Source: Nitrososphaeria archaeon (GTDB taxonomy: Archaea > Thermoproteota > Nitrososphaeria > JACIWG01). Taken from it: a DNA stretch of 64,000 nucleotides. The stretch covers positions 1-64,000 of the forward strand of contig CAVVXT010000005.1 in the NCBI GenBank assembly GCA_963752255.1, given 5' to 3'. Every line of letters starts with the position of its first letter. The first letter of the stretch is position 1. Positions 62,076 through 64,000 of the stretch are shown in pieces. The notes under the pieces were generated by a model, which was given only the letters and a program-made list of their open reading frames with translations, was not told the DNA's origin and did not search any database. Position numbers and translations under genes: made by a program.

Positions 62076-62296
62076 GACAATTATATTTGTATATGAATCT
62101 GAATAGATGCCCTCCAACTTATACGCTGACCCATAAATCAGTTTTACCGTATTGACAATAATCTTTGCAGGGACTTACAAAGAAGAAAGATCATAGTCCT
62201 CAACATCAGTCTTATAGGATTGTTTGAAAAAGAAATTTAAACTTGGCTCTTAGATATCCTAACATATAAGATTAAACTAAATATAGCGGTGAGAAG

Positions 62297-63286
62297 TTGG
62301 GAGACAAACATTTCACTTACGTTACGAACAACCTTGAAGAAGTTTGTTTCAAACTTCGATTTTTGTTAGAAAATGCTGTGAGGAAGGATTTGGCCGAAGG
62401 AATTCTTCTATCCGGAGGGTTGGACACGAGTATTCTTGCAGTCATAGCATCAAAGTTCATTCCTTTGAAAGCTGTTACCGTTGCTTTTCAAAATGCACCA
62501 GCACCAGATGTTAAATACGCAACCTTAATAGCTAATAAATTAGGACTTAAACATAACATTCATACCTTTAGCGTAGAAGAATTATATGATACCATTCCAA
62601 TTGTTGTAAAGTCGTTAAGGTCTTTCGATCCGATGGAAATACGCAACAGCATAACAATCTATGTCGGCTTGAGGGTGGCAAAAGAGTATGGAGTATCCAC
62701 GGTTATGACAGGAGATGGATGTGATGAGCTCTTAGCTGGATACAGCTTTCTTTTCAGTCTGGAGAAAGAGCAACTTGATTTAGAATTGGAAAAATTGTGG
62801 AGTGTGATGGCTTTTTCATCCATCCCGCTTGCAAAAGTTCTTGGGATGGAGGCGAAGCTTCCCTATCTCGATCCCGACTTCAAAAATTTTGCCATAAAAA
62901 TAGATTCACGATATAAGATTGGAGTAAAGAATGGGCAGGTTTATGGCAAGTGGATTTTGCGTAAAGCATTCGAAGGGTCCTTGCCAAAAAAAATCGCGTG
63001 GAGAATCAAAACTCCAATAGAGTACGGTTCTGGAACAACCATGCTTACAAACTTCTTCAATCAGAAAATTACTGATTTAGAGTTTGAGAGTAAGAGAAAG
63101 AAGTATCTTACCGAGGATAGGGTAACGATCCGTGATAAGGAGCAACTTTTCTACTATGAGGCCTATAAGTTAGTAGTAGGTATACCGCACACAACCAGTA
63201 TAGAAGGAAAGATATGCCCCCAATGCCACTCTAATATTCCTGAAAAAGCCACCTACTGCCGGACATGTGGAGCATACCCCATATAG
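62297..63286 (+). CDS. Asparagine-synthase C-terminal-domain protein with zinc ribbon
   Basis: LLSGGLDTS, TGDGCDELLAGY, PYLD, KWILRKAF; CPQC...CRTCG; no glutaminase domain. Confidence 0.85.
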   Translation: MGDKHFTYVTNNLEEVCFKLRFLLENAVRKDLAEGILLSGGLDTSILAVIASKFIPLKAVTVAFQNAPAPDVKYATLIANKLGLKHNIHTFSVEELYDTIPIVVKSLRSFDPMEIRNSITIYVGLRVAKEYGVSTVMTGDGCDELLAGYSFLFSLEKEQLDLELEKLWSVMAFSSIPLAKVLGMEAKLPYLDPDFKNFAIKIDSRYKIGVKNGQVYGKWILRKAFEGSLPKKIAWRIKTPIEYGSGTTMLTNFFNQKITDLEFESKRKKYLTEDRVTIRDKEQLFYYEAYKLVVGIPHTTSIEGKICPQCHSNIPEKATYCRTCGAYPI

Positions 63287-64000
63287 CGAAAGTTGTTCGA
63301 CCTTCTCCCGCCCAATATAATCTTACAACTCTTTATGATTATATTAGTATCTAAAAAATGCTTTAAGCGAAAGAATTCTTCCGTTCTTATAGTGTCAATA
63401 ACGCCTTTGGCATTAGGCCATCACTTTTCAGACGGACTATATGATACTATATCTAATCGTTTTGTTAACTATATCTTTTTATTATATACTTATTTATGCT
63501 CTAAAACACATGAAACGATTTTTAAAGCCTTCTAAAATACTCTATAGGATATTTACTTATCACGGTTAAAACAGCATTCTATCAAGGCACCTTATTCGAT
63601 TAAAAAAGGGTGGTTTTCTAATTGGAATTTCTTTAATTCATATAGGAAAATAGCAGACATGAAGGAAGTTATTAGAAGGGTTTCTATTAGACTAGGATCC
63701 ATTAAATTAATTTTATTGACTATTAAGTTATTTAGAAATAGACTATAAGATAGAGAAACTAATGTGGAAGTTCCGCCATACTAATCAATTATTATTACAA
63801 ATCTATATCATAAAAACCTATCCAAACGTCCATTTTCTTATCATTTCAAGCCAAAAACAGGGCATTTCCTAGACCATTTCAGACAGTAGAACTTCGTAGG
63901 TTGCCGAGAGTTTCCAGGTGTTATATCTACTAAATTAGTGTCTAAATTGAGTGTAAACCCGCTATTAGCTGCAATAACTAAAGCAACTTCTGCTATCCTA

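Noticed and set aside
63293-64000. Short ORFs and partial TTCTAA motifs at the window end
   Set aside because: AT-rich, no recognisable motifs, and no complete palindrome.

Overview
This window most likely comes from an archaeal chromosome of the TACK group, Bathyarchaeia/Brockarchaeota-like. That placement is inferred from TATA-type promoters, many TTG/GTG starts, DUF5752-like domains, GH57 and an MtaA/CmuA-family methyltransferase. Bases 1-~18,100 look like a decayed genomic island: a tRNA 3'-end fragment at 127-151, a tyrosine-integrase pseudogene at 17,371-18,100, AT-rich orphans, and an HTH/coiled-coil operon behind a 10-bp-phased repeat array. The island holds a cluster of membrane-anchored, Thr/Ser-stalk surface proteins that show direct evidence of domain shuffling: a 384-bp inverted duplication, a chimeric locus and an orphaned C-terminal relic. 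Four of their promoters carry the pseudo-palindrome TTCTAA-N2-TTAGAA, one of them 16 kb away, and the motif sits directly upstream of a membrane-tethered winged-helix regulator. This candidate envelope regulon plus modular surface-protein library is the main finding. The rest of the window is a patchwork of metabolic, transport and redox genes with several gene fragments. Other highlights are an unannotated-looking protein with protein-kinase-like motifs, a soluble triple CDF-dimerization-domain protein upstream of mgtA, a DUF5752-linked regulator/amylase pair and an HhH-GPD-like orphan. About ten single-base frameshifts, mostly in short homopolymers, are probably sequencing errors. No CRISPR array, rRNA or complete tRNA was seen. 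All family assignments are from motif recognition by eye; no database search was run.
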